From positions 62,001 through 126,000 of the IMG/VR virus record IMGVR_UViG_3300021964_009390: a DNA stretch of 64,000 bases, one strand, 5' to 3'. Under the pieces are notes generated by a model. It worked only from the letters and a program-made list of their open reading frames with translations, did not search any database and was not told where the DNA came from. Below are positions 1-8,838 of this stretch, piece by piece; the stretch's first letter is position 1; every line of letters starts with the position of its first letter. Both the position numbers and the translations under genes were made by a program.

Positions 1-17
1 AAAAACGTGGCAAGCTG

Positions 18-1163
18 TTGTTGATAGACGACAATTTCGCGTATGACTCGCAAGGTCAAGGCTTCAACCGCGCTAAAACTGTGGTGGAAATGCTATGCAA
101 AATGTTCCATGTGACTTTCATGCCAACTAACTATCGACCATGTGATCATGATCGAATAGAACATTACCATACGTTGGGTGTGAATGTGGTGCTGGAGCGT
201 CGCGATCATCATGGTATGAAAATATTTGATGTGGTGGGTGAACATATAAAGCAACATGCCGGTGAATACGATGTGATATATTTCAGCCGACCTCACAACT
301 TTGGATATGTGATAGATTACTGCCGCGAGCATTCTCCATCTAGCAAAATAGTGTATGATGCAGAAGCGTTGTTTTACAAGCGTATACAAGCTCAATACAA
401 CACCACCGGGCAGATCAGCATCTGGCCACCATGTGACACACCGTCACAGCAAGTGGTGGATCAAGAGAAGGCAAAAGAATTTGACATGTTGTCCAAAACG
501 GACAATGTTATTGTTGTGTCAGATTCAGAACGTGAAAGTGTGGTCAAAAACGTACCGGCTTTGAAGGGTAAAGTTGCAGTGTATGGACATGCTATACCAC
601 CTCGACCTACCGATAACAACTATCATGAGCGAGCGCACATGCTGTTTGTAGGTTCTTTCGGTAAGGATGACACACCCAATTCTGACGCCATGATACATTT
701 TGTGAACAACATGTTTGACAAGATACATGAACGTACCGGTAGCAAATTGTACATCATAGGTACAAACCCAACCGAGACCATTTTGTCTCTGACCAGTGAC
801 AAGGTGGAGGTTCTAGGTTATGTAGAGGACATAACACCGTACTACAATAATTGTCGATTGTTTGTGGCCCCACATCGCTTCGCCGGAGGTATACCATGGA
901 AAATATCGGAATCCATGTCGAGAGGTTTACCGGTCGTCATCACAAAACTACTGGCCGATCAGTTGGGTATCGGGAGAGAATGTTGCGGTGTGGGTGATAA
1001 CGATACTCAATTCATAAACCAAGCGGTACAAATATACAACTACTCAACCCGGTGGGACAATTGTAGGAACAAAAGCTTACAATACATAAAAAACACACAT
1101 GACCCCATGACACATAGAAAGCAGCTACTAAACAGTATAAACAAGGCATTAAAAACACCATGA
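18..1163 (+). CDS. Glycosyltransferase family 4 (GT-B), probably 5'-partial
   Basis: FVGSF..PNSDA, VEVLGYVEDI, FVAPHRFAGGIPWKISESMSRGLPVV = GT4 C-terminal signature; frame is open back to the window start. Confidence 0.85.
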   Translation: MLIDDNFAYDSQGQGFNRAKTVVEMLCKMFHVTFMPTNYRPCDHDRIEHYHTLGVNVVLERRDHHGMKIFDVVGEHIKQHAGEYDVIYFSRPHNFGYVIDYCREHSPSSKIVYDAEALFYKRIQAQYNTTGQISIWPPCDTPSQQVVDQEKAKEFDMLSKTDNVIVVSDSERESVVKNVPALKGKVAVYGHAIPPRPTDNNYHERAHMLFVGSFGKDDTPNSDAMIHFVNNMFDKIHERTGSKLYIIGTNPTETILSLTSDKVEVLGYVEDITPYYNNCRLFVAPHRFAGGIPWKISESMSRGLPVVITKLLADQLGIGRECCGVGDNDTQFINQAVQIYNYSTRWDNCRNKSLQYIKNTHDPMTHRKQLLNSINKALKTP

Positions 1164-1945
1164 AAAAATATAAAGACAACTTTTTAATTATGTGCGAGTC
1201 ACGGACCGGTAGTACCATGTTGAGTACTGCACTCTGGAACCATCCGCAGGTGTGCATGCATGGAGAGATATTGCAACCTCGGCAGTTCAATAAACAAAAA
1301 CGCGATGACAAATTAGAATTTTTCGGGCTGAGCTACGATACACCAGGAGCTTTGCTCGATCTGTTACGTGATGAGCTGGTGAATGATCCGGTAAAATATA
1401 TAAGCAGGTACGGTTTCTATACCGGTAGATACAAACGTGGAGGTTTCAAATTTAAATATGAAGAGATGTCATGTGGATTGTTTGATCCAGTATTAGAGTT
1501 TATAGTCACACATCCGGAGATCAAAATAATACATTTGACCCGGGACAATCTGTGGCACCGGTATAGATCTTCATATGTAGCCACAAAAATTACAAAACAA
1601 TACAACTCGGTAACAGACACGATATCAATCGATACTGACACTGACAAGGTCAAATTGAATATACAAGATATTGAATCGAGTTTCAAGCGGACAGTTCAAT
1701 GGCAAAGGAAATATAGAAACATGTTCAAACACCATGCGATGTTAAACATAACATACGAATCACTCCTGGCTGACCCGCAAGGAACTTTTGACCAAGTGAC
1801 CGGTTTCTTAAAAATATCCAACCAAAAATGGAAACCATGGACAAAGCAAGTACAACCAGTACAGGACGATGACATAATCCGAAACATGGATAAGATCAGA
1901 GAGCATTTCATTTCCAGTAAATACGGTGTATATTTCGATAAATAA
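1160..1945 (+). CDS. Sulfotransferase (Stf0-like)
   Basis: 5'PSB loop CESRTGSTML, HGEI, IIHLTRDNL..RYRS, ITYESL. Confidence 0.8.
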   Translation: MKKYKDNFLIMCESRTGSTMLSTALWNHPQVCMHGEILQPRQFNKQKRDDKLEFFGLSYDTPGALLDLLRDELVNDPVKYISRYGFYTGRYKRGGFKFKYEEMSCGLFDPVLEFIVTHPEIKIIHLTRDNLWHRYRSSYVATKITKQYNSVTDTISIDTDTDKVKLNIQDIESSFKRTVQWQRKYRNMFKHHAMLNITYESLLADPQGTFDQVTGFLKISNQKWKPWTKQVQPVQDDDIIRNMDKIREHFISSKYGVYFDK

Positions 1946-2020
1946 TATTATTGATGAATCTTAAAAAAAAATAAATACTATTATATCAATATGGACAGCT
2001 CGGGTGGAAAGATTTAACAA

Positions 2021-2989
2021 ATGAATGTAGGTTTTTTTACACCTGGATTTAACTACCGCGGTACAGGAGTCGCGATATATGATTATGCAAACTACAATGA
2101 AAGTATCTTAGGTAATCAATCGTATATAATATCTTGCGGCACCGGGGCAAGTAGCGACATCCGTCGTAAGTTTGAGGACCGGTTCGGTGACAGAATGCTA
2201 GGGTGTGGTCATTCTAAATCAAAGCTAGAGTCGCATCTGAACGATCATAACATCACTCATCTATACCGGCTTATCGCAGGAACCAAGTGCGAATTCGAAA
2301 ACCCGGATAACCCTAGGGAGCTGAGTACCATGGTCAAGGAGTGTATACATTGTGTTTTCAACGCTAGCGAACCTCATGGTGATGTCTATGCCGCTATATC
2401 AGATCAAGTCAAAGGATATCATGCATCTGTACCGGTAGTACCTCATATGATATCGTTACCCAACGATACACATAATTTGAGAGCAGAACTAAATATACCT
2501 GATACTGCAACAGTATTTGGTGGTTATGGTGGTAAATGTAAATTTAGTATTCAAGCGGCACGAGATGCTGTTTATCAAGTCGCGAAAGCTCGGACTGATA
2601 TATATTTCCTCTTCGCGAATTTTGATAGATTCTGTGAACATTTACCTAACATTATACATGTACCAACTATATACAATGTAGATGATAAAGTGAGTTTCAT
2701 AAACACATGTGACGCGATGCTGTGGGCCCGTAATGATGGAGAAACGTTTGGTATAGCTATTGGTGAATTTTCCTCAAAAAACAAACCGGTGATTGCAAAA
2801 AAATGCGGTAAGTTAGCCCATGCAAACATTTTAAAGAACAAGGGTATATGGTATGAAGGCAAACAGGATTTAATTGATATATTGCACGCGTTTGATAGGT
2901 GCAAATCTGTAACCGGTGACTGGAATGCATATACTGATTATACACCGGAAAAGGTAATAAATATATTTAACAAAGTATTTTTGAAATGA
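2021..2989 (+). CDS. GT-B glycosyltransferase (large-virus type)
   Basis: RGTGVAIYDYA N-terminus; CDAMLWARNDGETFGIAIGEF GT4-like E-x7-E motif. Confidence 0.75.
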   Translation: MNVGFFTPGFNYRGTGVAIYDYANYNESILGNQSYIISCGTGASSDIRRKFEDRFGDRMLGCGHSKSKLESHLNDHNITHLYRLIAGTKCEFENPDNPRELSTMVKECIHCVFNASEPHGDVYAAISDQVKGYHASVPVVPHMISLPNDTHNLRAELNIPDTATVFGGYGGKCKFSIQAARDAVYQVAKARTDIYFLFANFDRFCEHLPNIIHVPTIYNVDDKVSFINTCDAMLWARNDGETFGIAIGEFSSKNKPVIAKKCGKLAHANILKNKGIWYEGKQDLIDILHAFDRCKSVTGDWNAYTDYTPEKVINIFNKVFLK

Positions 2990-3591
2990 TAAACCATGAG
3001 CACAAATGTATTTTTATACATATACCAAAATGTGGTGGGTCTAGTGTTGAACGACATATAGATAACCGAGACTGGTGGGTACATGCCCCGGCGGAGAAAC
3101 ATTTAACCGCCAATGATGCACGGAACAAATATGCGCAATATTGGGATGATTATTTTAAGTTTTCTATAGTACGTAACCCGTATGATATAGAAGTCTCATG
3201 GTACCATTTCAAAAAACACCCATTTATCCATGGACGGGAGATAGGCTTTTCAGAGTTTATCAAAGACGAGAGTATTAACACAGTAGCGAAAATTAGTCAC
3301 GGTCTTACGGACAAAAGATGGGAGAATATTATACCGAGTGTTACCGACTGCTATGAGTATTTGTCTATTGACGATACTATCGCGATGGATTATATCGGTA
3401 AACTCGAAAATATTCGACAAGACTTCAATACAATCTGTGACAAAATAGGGATACCACGGCAACAACTTCTACATGTAAACAAAACAAACCACAAACACTA
3501 CACTGAATACTATGATGATGAAACAAAGCAAATCGTTGCGGAAAAATACGCAAAAGACATTGAGTATTTTGGTTATGAATTTGGAGAATGA
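2986..3591 (+). CDS. Sulfotransferase family 2
   Basis: FIHIPKCGGSS, FSIVRNPYD..VSWY, YIGKLEN, C-terminal HYTEYYDDET..AKDIEYFGY. Confidence 0.9.
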   Translation: MINHEHKCIFIHIPKCGGSSVERHIDNRDWWVHAPAEKHLTANDARNKYAQYWDDYFKFSIVRNPYDIEVSWYHFKKHPFIHGREIGFSEFIKDESINTVAKISHGLTDKRWENIIPSVTDCYEYLSIDDTIAMDYIGKLENIRQDFNTICDKIGIPRQQLLHVNKTNHKHYTEYYDDETKQIVAEKYAKDIEYFGYEFGE

Positions 3592-3594
3592 GGG

Positions 3595-4209
3595 ATGATA
3601 AGTCATAAACATAAATTTGTATTTATATGCGCCCCTAAAACGGGAAGCACTTCAGTATCAAAAGCATTAGATGAATATTGTATTAAATTTTCACCTCGTA
3701 AAAAGCATTTTACATATTCTGAGTATTTGGATAACAAACGGGTTGGTGAAACGGTTAATAAAGATTATTTTTTCTTTGCATTTGTGAGAAATCCATTTGA
3801 TAGACTTGTGTCACAATTCAAATTTACGGGAAAGAAATGGTGGAAGAAAGCAGGACTTTCGCAATCCTCGTTGTGTTTTGAAAATTATGTTAAGCAAATA
3901 GTTGCCTGCAACTTACCATTTTCTGTTCATCGATACAATTCAAAAATAAAATCAGATCAAACAGATAAAGATTGGTCACAATTGCAGTTTCTAAGTGAAG
4001 ACATAGATTTCATCGGAAGATATGAAAACCTCCAAGAAGACTTTAATATTGTGTGCGACAAAATTGGAATTCCAAAACAACAACTTCCACACAAAAATGC
4101 CACAAAACACAAACACTACACCGAATACTACGATGATGAAACTCGTCAACTTGTTGCGGAAAAGTATGCAAAAGACATTGAGTTGTTCGGATACAAATTT
4201 GGAGAATAA
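3595..4209 (+). CDS. Sulfotransferase family 2
   Basis: FICAPKTGSTS, FVRNPFDRLVS, FIGRYENL, shared C-terminus. Confidence 0.9.
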   Translation: MISHKHKFVFICAPKTGSTSVSKALDEYCIKFSPRKKHFTYSEYLDNKRVGETVNKDYFFFAFVRNPFDRLVSQFKFTGKKWWKKAGLSQSSLCFENYVKQIVACNLPFSVHRYNSKIKSDQTDKDWSQLQFLSEDIDFIGRYENLQEDFNIVCDKIGIPKQQLPHKNATKHKHYTEYYDDETRQLVAEKYAKDIELFGYKFGE

Positions 4210-4210
4210 G

Positions 4211-4780
4211 ATGGATAAGAAGACTGCAATATCACTTGGAAATGTATGTACCTCGGCAGTATACGGTTTACGGGAAGGCTTAAGACCATCCAAGAAGGGT
4301 GGGTACAAAACATGTCCTTTTGATCTGATGTGTACAAACATAGATGGTATAATAGATTGTTTAAATACGGATTTTAAATACTTTTGTGATCCCAAATTTC
4401 TGAAAGTAAAAGATCTAGGAACTGAAAATGGTGAAGACCGATTCATGATTAGACATACAAAGTATAAATGGAAATTCAACCACGAATCATTTGCTCCTGG
4501 TGAAGCATATTTGTACGCACGTGAAAACTGGGAAAATGGTGTTTATACGTTTGTAAATAATAATTTCGAGAAACTCGTTGAGAGATACACAAAACGGATT
4601 GATAATTTTAAATATTATTGTGAATCTGATTACTATGTAACTTTCATTTTGCAGTTATGTCGTGAAGAATATTCGGATGGACTTATGGAGCGATTACATG
4701 ATGCAATAAAAACTAGATTTTCAAAATTGGAATATGAGATAAAGGTTATATCAAATGACTACAAGATTAGGAAGAAATAA
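4211..4780 (+). CDS. DUF1796-like (putative papain-like peptidase) protein
   Basis: ISLGNVC...CPFDL...FNHE...RYTKRIDNF pattern; true start is ATG 4211 just after the upstream stop (the ORF-track extension from 4022 is a shadow). Confidence 0.65.
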   Translation: MDKKTAISLGNVCTSAVYGLREGLRPSKKGGYKTCPFDLMCTNIDGIIDCLNTDFKYFCDPKFLKVKDLGTENGEDRFMIRHTKYKWKFNHESFAPGEAYLYARENWENGVYTFVNNNFEKLVERYTKRIDNFKYYCESDYYVTFILQLCREEYSDGLMERLHDAIKTRFSKLEYEIKVISNDYKIRKK

Positions 4781-4892
4781 ACATATAATAATTCATGTTG
4801 CACCACCAAAGACTGACGATGAAACAAAATCTACCGTTGCGGAAAAATTTGCAAAAGACATTGAATATTTCGGATACAAATTTGGAGAATAA
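4755..4892 (+). pseudogene. 45-aa internally deleted sulfotransferase (N-terminal PSB loop fused to constant C-terminus)
   Basis: Translates MTTRLGRNKHIIIHVAPPKT-DDETKSTVAEKFAKDIEYFGYKFGE*; 5' part matches the start of the 5745 gene, 3' part matches the shared sulfotransferase tail. Confidence 0.75.
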
Positions 4893-4895
4893 GAT

Positions 4896-5675
4896 GTGAG
4901 ATATAAGAAGCAGATCGGATATTCCCCTACAAGGACCCACTGGTCCAAGGCGTATTATCATATTGTAATTGATTACCTTGGGGCTCTATATAAATTTATT
5001 GACACAGATTTAACAAATTATAATTTAGTTTTCCATCCATGTTGGAGGAGTAAAAAATTTGCAGAACAGTGGACCAACATTGTTGTACCTGAACTAAAAA
5101 ATTCAGTTGTATATCACAAGAGATTGAAAAATTTAGAAGAATCTATTGTGATTGATTCGAAAATATCAATTGACAGTGATAAAATGCCACATAAACACAA
5201 AGAAAACATTGTTTTATTTTTAAGAAAAAAAGTAAATGATTATCTGATAGGAATAGAAACAAAACAAAATAAAATGCTTTTGATAAAAAGAACAAAAATT
5301 AGGTGTACTAACAACTTTGATGAACTTTTAATTTTATGCAAAAAATATTGTGACAAATTAAATCTTGAACTTGATGTATTTGATGATTCGGAAAATCTTG
5401 GAAGTGTGGGGGAACAATTACAGAGATACAGATCATCAAAAATTGTCATTGGACAGCATGGTGCAGGATTTATTAATTTGCTTGCCTGTCTACGGAACGT
5501 ACATTTTATTGAATTTAAATCAATATGCAGAGGACCCCGTGGGAATAAACAAGATCCAGTGTGCTTTGAGGTAATGGCTAATATATTAGGAATTTCTCAC
5601 CAATGTATACAGAACAACGAAAATCAAGATATTGATTTAAATCAAGTCAATAAATACCTAGAGGAGGTAACATAA
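4896..5675 (+). CDS. Glycosyltransferase family 61 (DUF563)-like
   Basis: YYH near N-terminus; EQLQRYRSSKIVIGQHGAGFINL..HFIEF. Confidence 0.8.
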   Translation: MRYKKQIGYSPTRTHWSKAYYHIVIDYLGALYKFIDTDLTNYNLVFHPCWRSKKFAEQWTNIVVPELKNSVVYHKRLKNLEESIVIDSKISIDSDKMPHKHKENIVLFLRKKVNDYLIGIETKQNKMLLIKRTKIRCTNNFDELLILCKKYCDKLNLELDVFDDSENLGSVGEQLQRYRSSKIVIGQHGAGFINLLACLRNVHFIEFKSICRGPRGNKQDPVCFEVMANILGISHQCIQNNENQDIDLNQVNKYLEEVT

Positions 5676-5744
5676 CTTTGATTGCCGGAAGTTATTTTTA
5701 CAATTCACACTTGTTACGAAGACGATACATTGATTCAGATATAA

Positions 5745-6767
5745 ATGAAATTTCCAATAATGAAAAATAAACATATAATAATTCATGTTGGACCAGCAAA
5801 AACTGGAACATCTGCATTACAATATTTTTTATTAAAAAATCGCGAAGAACTCGAGAAAGCTGGATACTATTATCCGGATCACCGGGTAGATCAAAACGGT
5901 GTAGGTGGAGGTCATGCGAATCCACGTAGATTTAATATTAAAAATATCATAAACAATTTTTTAGAATCAAATTCAAAACATCATACATTAATATTATCAT
6001 CAGAAGACTTCTTCGTAAAGATAAACGAACTCAATAAAATATGCGCAAGTATTAAGTTTGTCTCGTTTTATCGTTGTAGTATTTACCAGTCATTATCCGG
6101 TTATATTCAAAAAATAAAACGTAAAAATCAAACCGATAAATTTAAACGGCACAAAATAGATAGATCGCCTAATGATACCCACCTTGATAATTTGAAAATT
6201 AAAAATATTAATTACACAATAATTCCGTATATGTTCGATTTTGATAACACTTGGTCAATTGTTAATGAATTTTTGAGGTTTATTGATAATAGTAACGTAT
6301 TGAGTCATATGTATGAAAACAAAATAAAAATTGTGAATCCATCATACTGTATAGAGGCAATAGAACTTAAGAGGTTTATTAATAACAATATTAACGATAT
6401 CAACGTTGATAATAATAAATCTACCATACTTGAGTTGGATGTAATACTACAGAAATTTACAGAGGGTGTGAATGATTTTTCTTTTTTAAAAGATGAACAA
6501 TTTGAAGAAAATAAAAAAATAGAAATATTGTTTTTAGAAAATATAATTATAAATTACAAACAACCGCAATTGAAAGTGATTTTAAATCATATGCAAAAAT
6601 CTAAAAATAAAAAATTTATAACACAACAATTATCAAAACAACAAATTGTTAAAATAGTGAAACATATTGCAAATGAGGATATAAACATACTTAAAAATAT
6701 TTTGCCTTATATTTCAAAAGATACGAATAATCCAATATACATAGAGATTAAAAATATTATCGAATGA
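5745..6767 (+). CDS. Sulfotransferase-fold protein
   Basis: IIHVGPAKTGTSALQ, YYP, LILSSEDF; very AT-rich; start could be 5760. Confidence 0.7.
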   Translation: MKFPIMKNKHIIIHVGPAKTGTSALQYFLLKNREELEKAGYYYPDHRVDQNGVGGGHANPRRFNIKNIINNFLESNSKHHTLILSSEDFFVKINELNKICASIKFVSFYRCSIYQSLSGYIQKIKRKNQTDKFKRHKIDRSPNDTHLDNLKIKNINYTIIPYMFDFDNTWSIVNEFLRFIDNSNVLSHMYENKIKIVNPSYCIEAIELKRFINNNINDINVDNNKSTILELDVILQKFTEGVNDFSFLKDEQFEENKKIEILFLENIIINYKQPQLKVILNHMQKSKNKKFITQQLSKQQIVKIVKHIANEDINILKNILPYISKDTNNPIYIEIKNIIE

Positions 6768-6774
6768 TCACAAG

Positions 6775-6861
6775 ATGAAATATTATTATATAAATTTGAG
6801 AAGTTCAACAGAACGCAGTGAGCATATGGAGAGATTGACAGACTATACACTGGTTATGTAG
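6775..6861 (+). pseudogene. Truncated GT25 N-terminal fragment
   Basis: MKYYYINLRSSTERSEHMERL.. resembles the GT25 start (YxINLxxxxxRxxxM); stops after 28 codons. Confidence 0.55.
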
Positions 6862-6987
6862 AACATAGCTACTGCATTAACAACATGATCCTGTGGAGAC
6901 GCAACGTTGAGTCGGATATCAATCGAGTGTCAAGAAAATAATGTAACATGAGTTGCGTAATTGCATGACACACTATATTATATAGGT

Positions 6988-7221
6988 GTGTTTAAAAACA
7001 AAGCAGCATGGCGAGAAGCGATAAGTGACACGGTCATAGGTACCGTAATCAACTTTCCGCTCAACATGCTGGCCATGTGGTTCATATTCAAAGCAGAACT
7101 GACCGTATTGCAATCATCTGCGCTATTGTGGTTCATATTCACCAGCGTGGCTATTGTACGTAAATACTGTTTGAGAGTTTACTTTGAAAAAAAGTCAAAA
7201 GAAATAGTTGACTCAGAATAA
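6988..7221 (+). CDS. Small membrane protein (GtrA-like topology)
   Basis: Two hydrophobic helices; GTG 6 nt after TATTAT of promoter TTGCGT(6953)-17-TATTAT. Confidence 0.7.
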   Translation: MFKNKAAWREAISDTVIGTVINFPLNMLAMWFIFKAELTVLQSSALLWFIFTSVAIVRKYCLRVYFEKKSKEIVDSE

Positions 7222-7277
7222 TAAGCCTATATACTATATAAGTATACGCCGCTGAGGTGGCATCGTTCTTTCACAAT
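7208..7277 (+). promoter_or_regulatory. Promoter followed by a boxB-like hairpin and boxA-like antitermination site
   Basis: TTGACT 7208, TATACT 7230; hairpin GCCGC-TGAG-GTGGC 7248-7261; GTTCTTTCACAAT 7265-7277 resembles rrn boxA GCTCTTTAACAAT. Confidence 0.6.
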
Positions 7278-7291
7278 CAAATCAATTTAAT

Positions 7292-7918
7292 TTATCAGAT
7301 CGACGGATCTGATAATGGGACGCTAGTAGAAGGAGCAACCTTAGCTCCACTAGCACACATGTCCTCGCTGCGGCGGGGGGTCGACGATCTAGTGATTGAG
7401 GCTAGCTGAAGGACAGCGATGTGGATACAATCCATCATGTGGTACATGTCTGCCAACCCTATAACTGAACTATAGGTATGATTCCTGGAGGTGAGCTGTA
7501 AAAGGCAAGGCCTTCCTTTGTCGCATAACAATGGATCTAGGAACATAGTGCGAACAAGATCTCGGTAGTAGAGGCTCAACGATCAAGTGATTCAGAGCGG
7601 GTTAAACACCCATCAAGTTGCAGAATCATTCTGGCGGTAACTAGAGACATGTTGAGAGAAGGCTGAAGAGTAGTCTCTCCCCAATCAATTTCATAAGGTG
7701 GTAACTGCGTAGCGGGCGCTGCCTTTAATTTGAATCCGGAACACCGGCTGTCTGTCACAACCCGCGGGACCCACTATATTAATATCCACGTCGTGTTACA
7801 CAGCAGCCGGTTTCCCCATTTTAACTTTGAGCGACACATGTGGGCCCGGAACGAACCACGGCGAGATAGAGCGCCCGGCAGGAACCGCGCAACCTGAACT
7901 CACGCTCCCTAGGCTCAA
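7292..7918 (+). ncRNA. Candidate large structured ncRNA or ncRNA cluster, family unassigned
   Basis: No credible ORF; more than 12 helices including perfect 10-bp stem 7292-7315, long-range ACATGTCT/AGACATGT, TTCCTGGA/TCTAGGAA, TGATTC/GAATCA, ACCGGCTG/CAGCCGGT, TTGAGC/GCTCAA. Confidence 0.7.
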
Positions 7919-7970
7919 CAATTTAGGTCGAAACACACACACTAATACAAAGAAAGGAAACAAACAAATC

Positions 7971-8177
7971 ATGGCAAGATCTGGATATGAAATACGTCTC
8001 GATGTGCTACGAATGGCAAAAGACCTGGCTGATGACCGATACCATCAGGAGCTGAACCGCCGGCAAGAAATTGCTACCCGGAACAACACTGAATGGTCAT
8101 TACCTAGCGACACAAGAGAGAAAGACTCTCTTAAAATCGCTGACGAGCTTTACGCCTTTGTAGAAGCGAAAGACTAA
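7971..8177 (+). CDS. Conserved small myovirus hypothetical protein (YEIRLxxLxMAK type)
   Basis: RBS AAGAAAGGA upstream of ATG 7971; followed by terminator. Confidence 0.75.
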   Translation: MARSGYEIRLDVLRMAKDLADDRYHQELNRRQEIATRNNTEWSLPSDTREKDSLKIADELYAFVEAKD

Positions 8178-8191
8178 TCGCTCGACGAGCG

Positions 8192-8216
8192 ACCCACCTT
8201 CGGGTGGGTTTTTTTT
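8192..8216 (+). terminator. Rho-independent terminator
   Basis: ACCCACC-TTCG-GGTGGGT followed by T-run. Confidence 0.9.
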
Positions 8217-8251
8217 GTGGAAATTGTAAGAACAAGCATATATAATAAGGT

Positions 8252-8650
8252 ATGAAAATGTTACTCATTATCTCTGTTGCCGCACCAACACTAGCGTTGT
8301 TACTAGGTTACTCCCATCCCGGTACCGACCCTGTCGGGGACCCAACACCCGTGGTTCCCACCAGAGAGGTGGCGGTGTACAAAGTGAACGAGTACAATGT
8401 ACCCAAGAGCGATGTGGTGATCACGGTGAACACTTTCCCGTTTGATGTCGGTGGAAGCCGCCCATTCCAGATCAGTGCTCATGGTAAAAAATATCGGTTC
8501 AAACCAGAAGACGTTCGTGAGTTTCTCAAAAAAGGTGTGCAGATGGACATCCCTAGCGAGCCTCTACCCACCGGAACCTGGATAGGTCCATTTCCTTTTG
8601 TTGGAGACATGTCCAAGCAAATCAAACCGGTACGACTCAACATCAACTGA
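8252..8650 (+). CDS. Hypothetical secreted or membrane-anchored protein
   Basis: Hydrophobic N-terminus, Pro-rich linker. Confidence 0.65.
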   Translation: MKMLLIISVAAPTLALLLGYSHPGTDPVGDPTPVVPTREVAVYKVNEYNVPKSDVVITVNTFPFDVGGSRPFQISAHGKKYRFKPEDVREFLKKGVQMDIPSEPLPTGTWIGPFPFVGDMSKQIKPVRLNIN

Positions 8651-8660
8651 CCCACACGCA

Positions 8661-8736
8661 CAGGCCGAGTGGCGGAACTGGTAGACGCTGCATCGACCAC
8701 CATACATCGGCAACAGCGCGTAGCGCTCTCAGCCTG
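8661..8736 (+). ncRNA. tRNA-like element (Leu-type D-arm; non-canonical anticodon and T arms)
   Basis: GGCCGAG-TG-GCGGAACTGGTAGACGC; outer stem CAGGCCGAG/CTCAGCCTG; no TTCG T-loop, no CCA. Confidence 0.45.
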
Positions 8737-8770
8737 CCGCCGCCCATGTTTGGCTCATCTCAAAAAAAAG

Positions 8771-8798
8771 TTGCGATCTCGCTGAGATGAGCCATAAT
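8771..8798 (+). promoter_or_regulatory. Early-type promoter
   Basis: AAAAAG-TTGCGA-16-CATAAT. Confidence 0.6.
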
Positions 8799-8838
8799 TG
8801 AAGTATATTAAGATTTTTAACTACCAACACACTACAAC

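Noticed and set aside
4022-4210. Extension of the 4211 gene in the ORF track
   Set aside because: Alternative frame of the sulfotransferase tail; ATG 4211 follows the stop directly.
1-6767. Eukaryotic giant-virus or cellular origin of the glycan cluster
   Set aside because: Contiguous with bacterial-type promoters, terminators, tRNAs and T4-like tail genes.
7292-7918. tmRNA, RNase P, SRP or group I intron identity for the structured region
   Set aside because: No GGGG..CCACCA tRNA-like ends, no GAGGAAAGUCC P4, GGCCCGGAACGAA only loosely recalls SRP helix 8, and GAAGAGTAGTCT lacks a matching P7 partner or interrupted gene; left unassigned pending cmscan.
7827-7970. N-terminal extension of the 7971 gene in the ORF track
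   Set aside because: Overlaps a structured RNA module; a clear RBS precedes ATG 7971.
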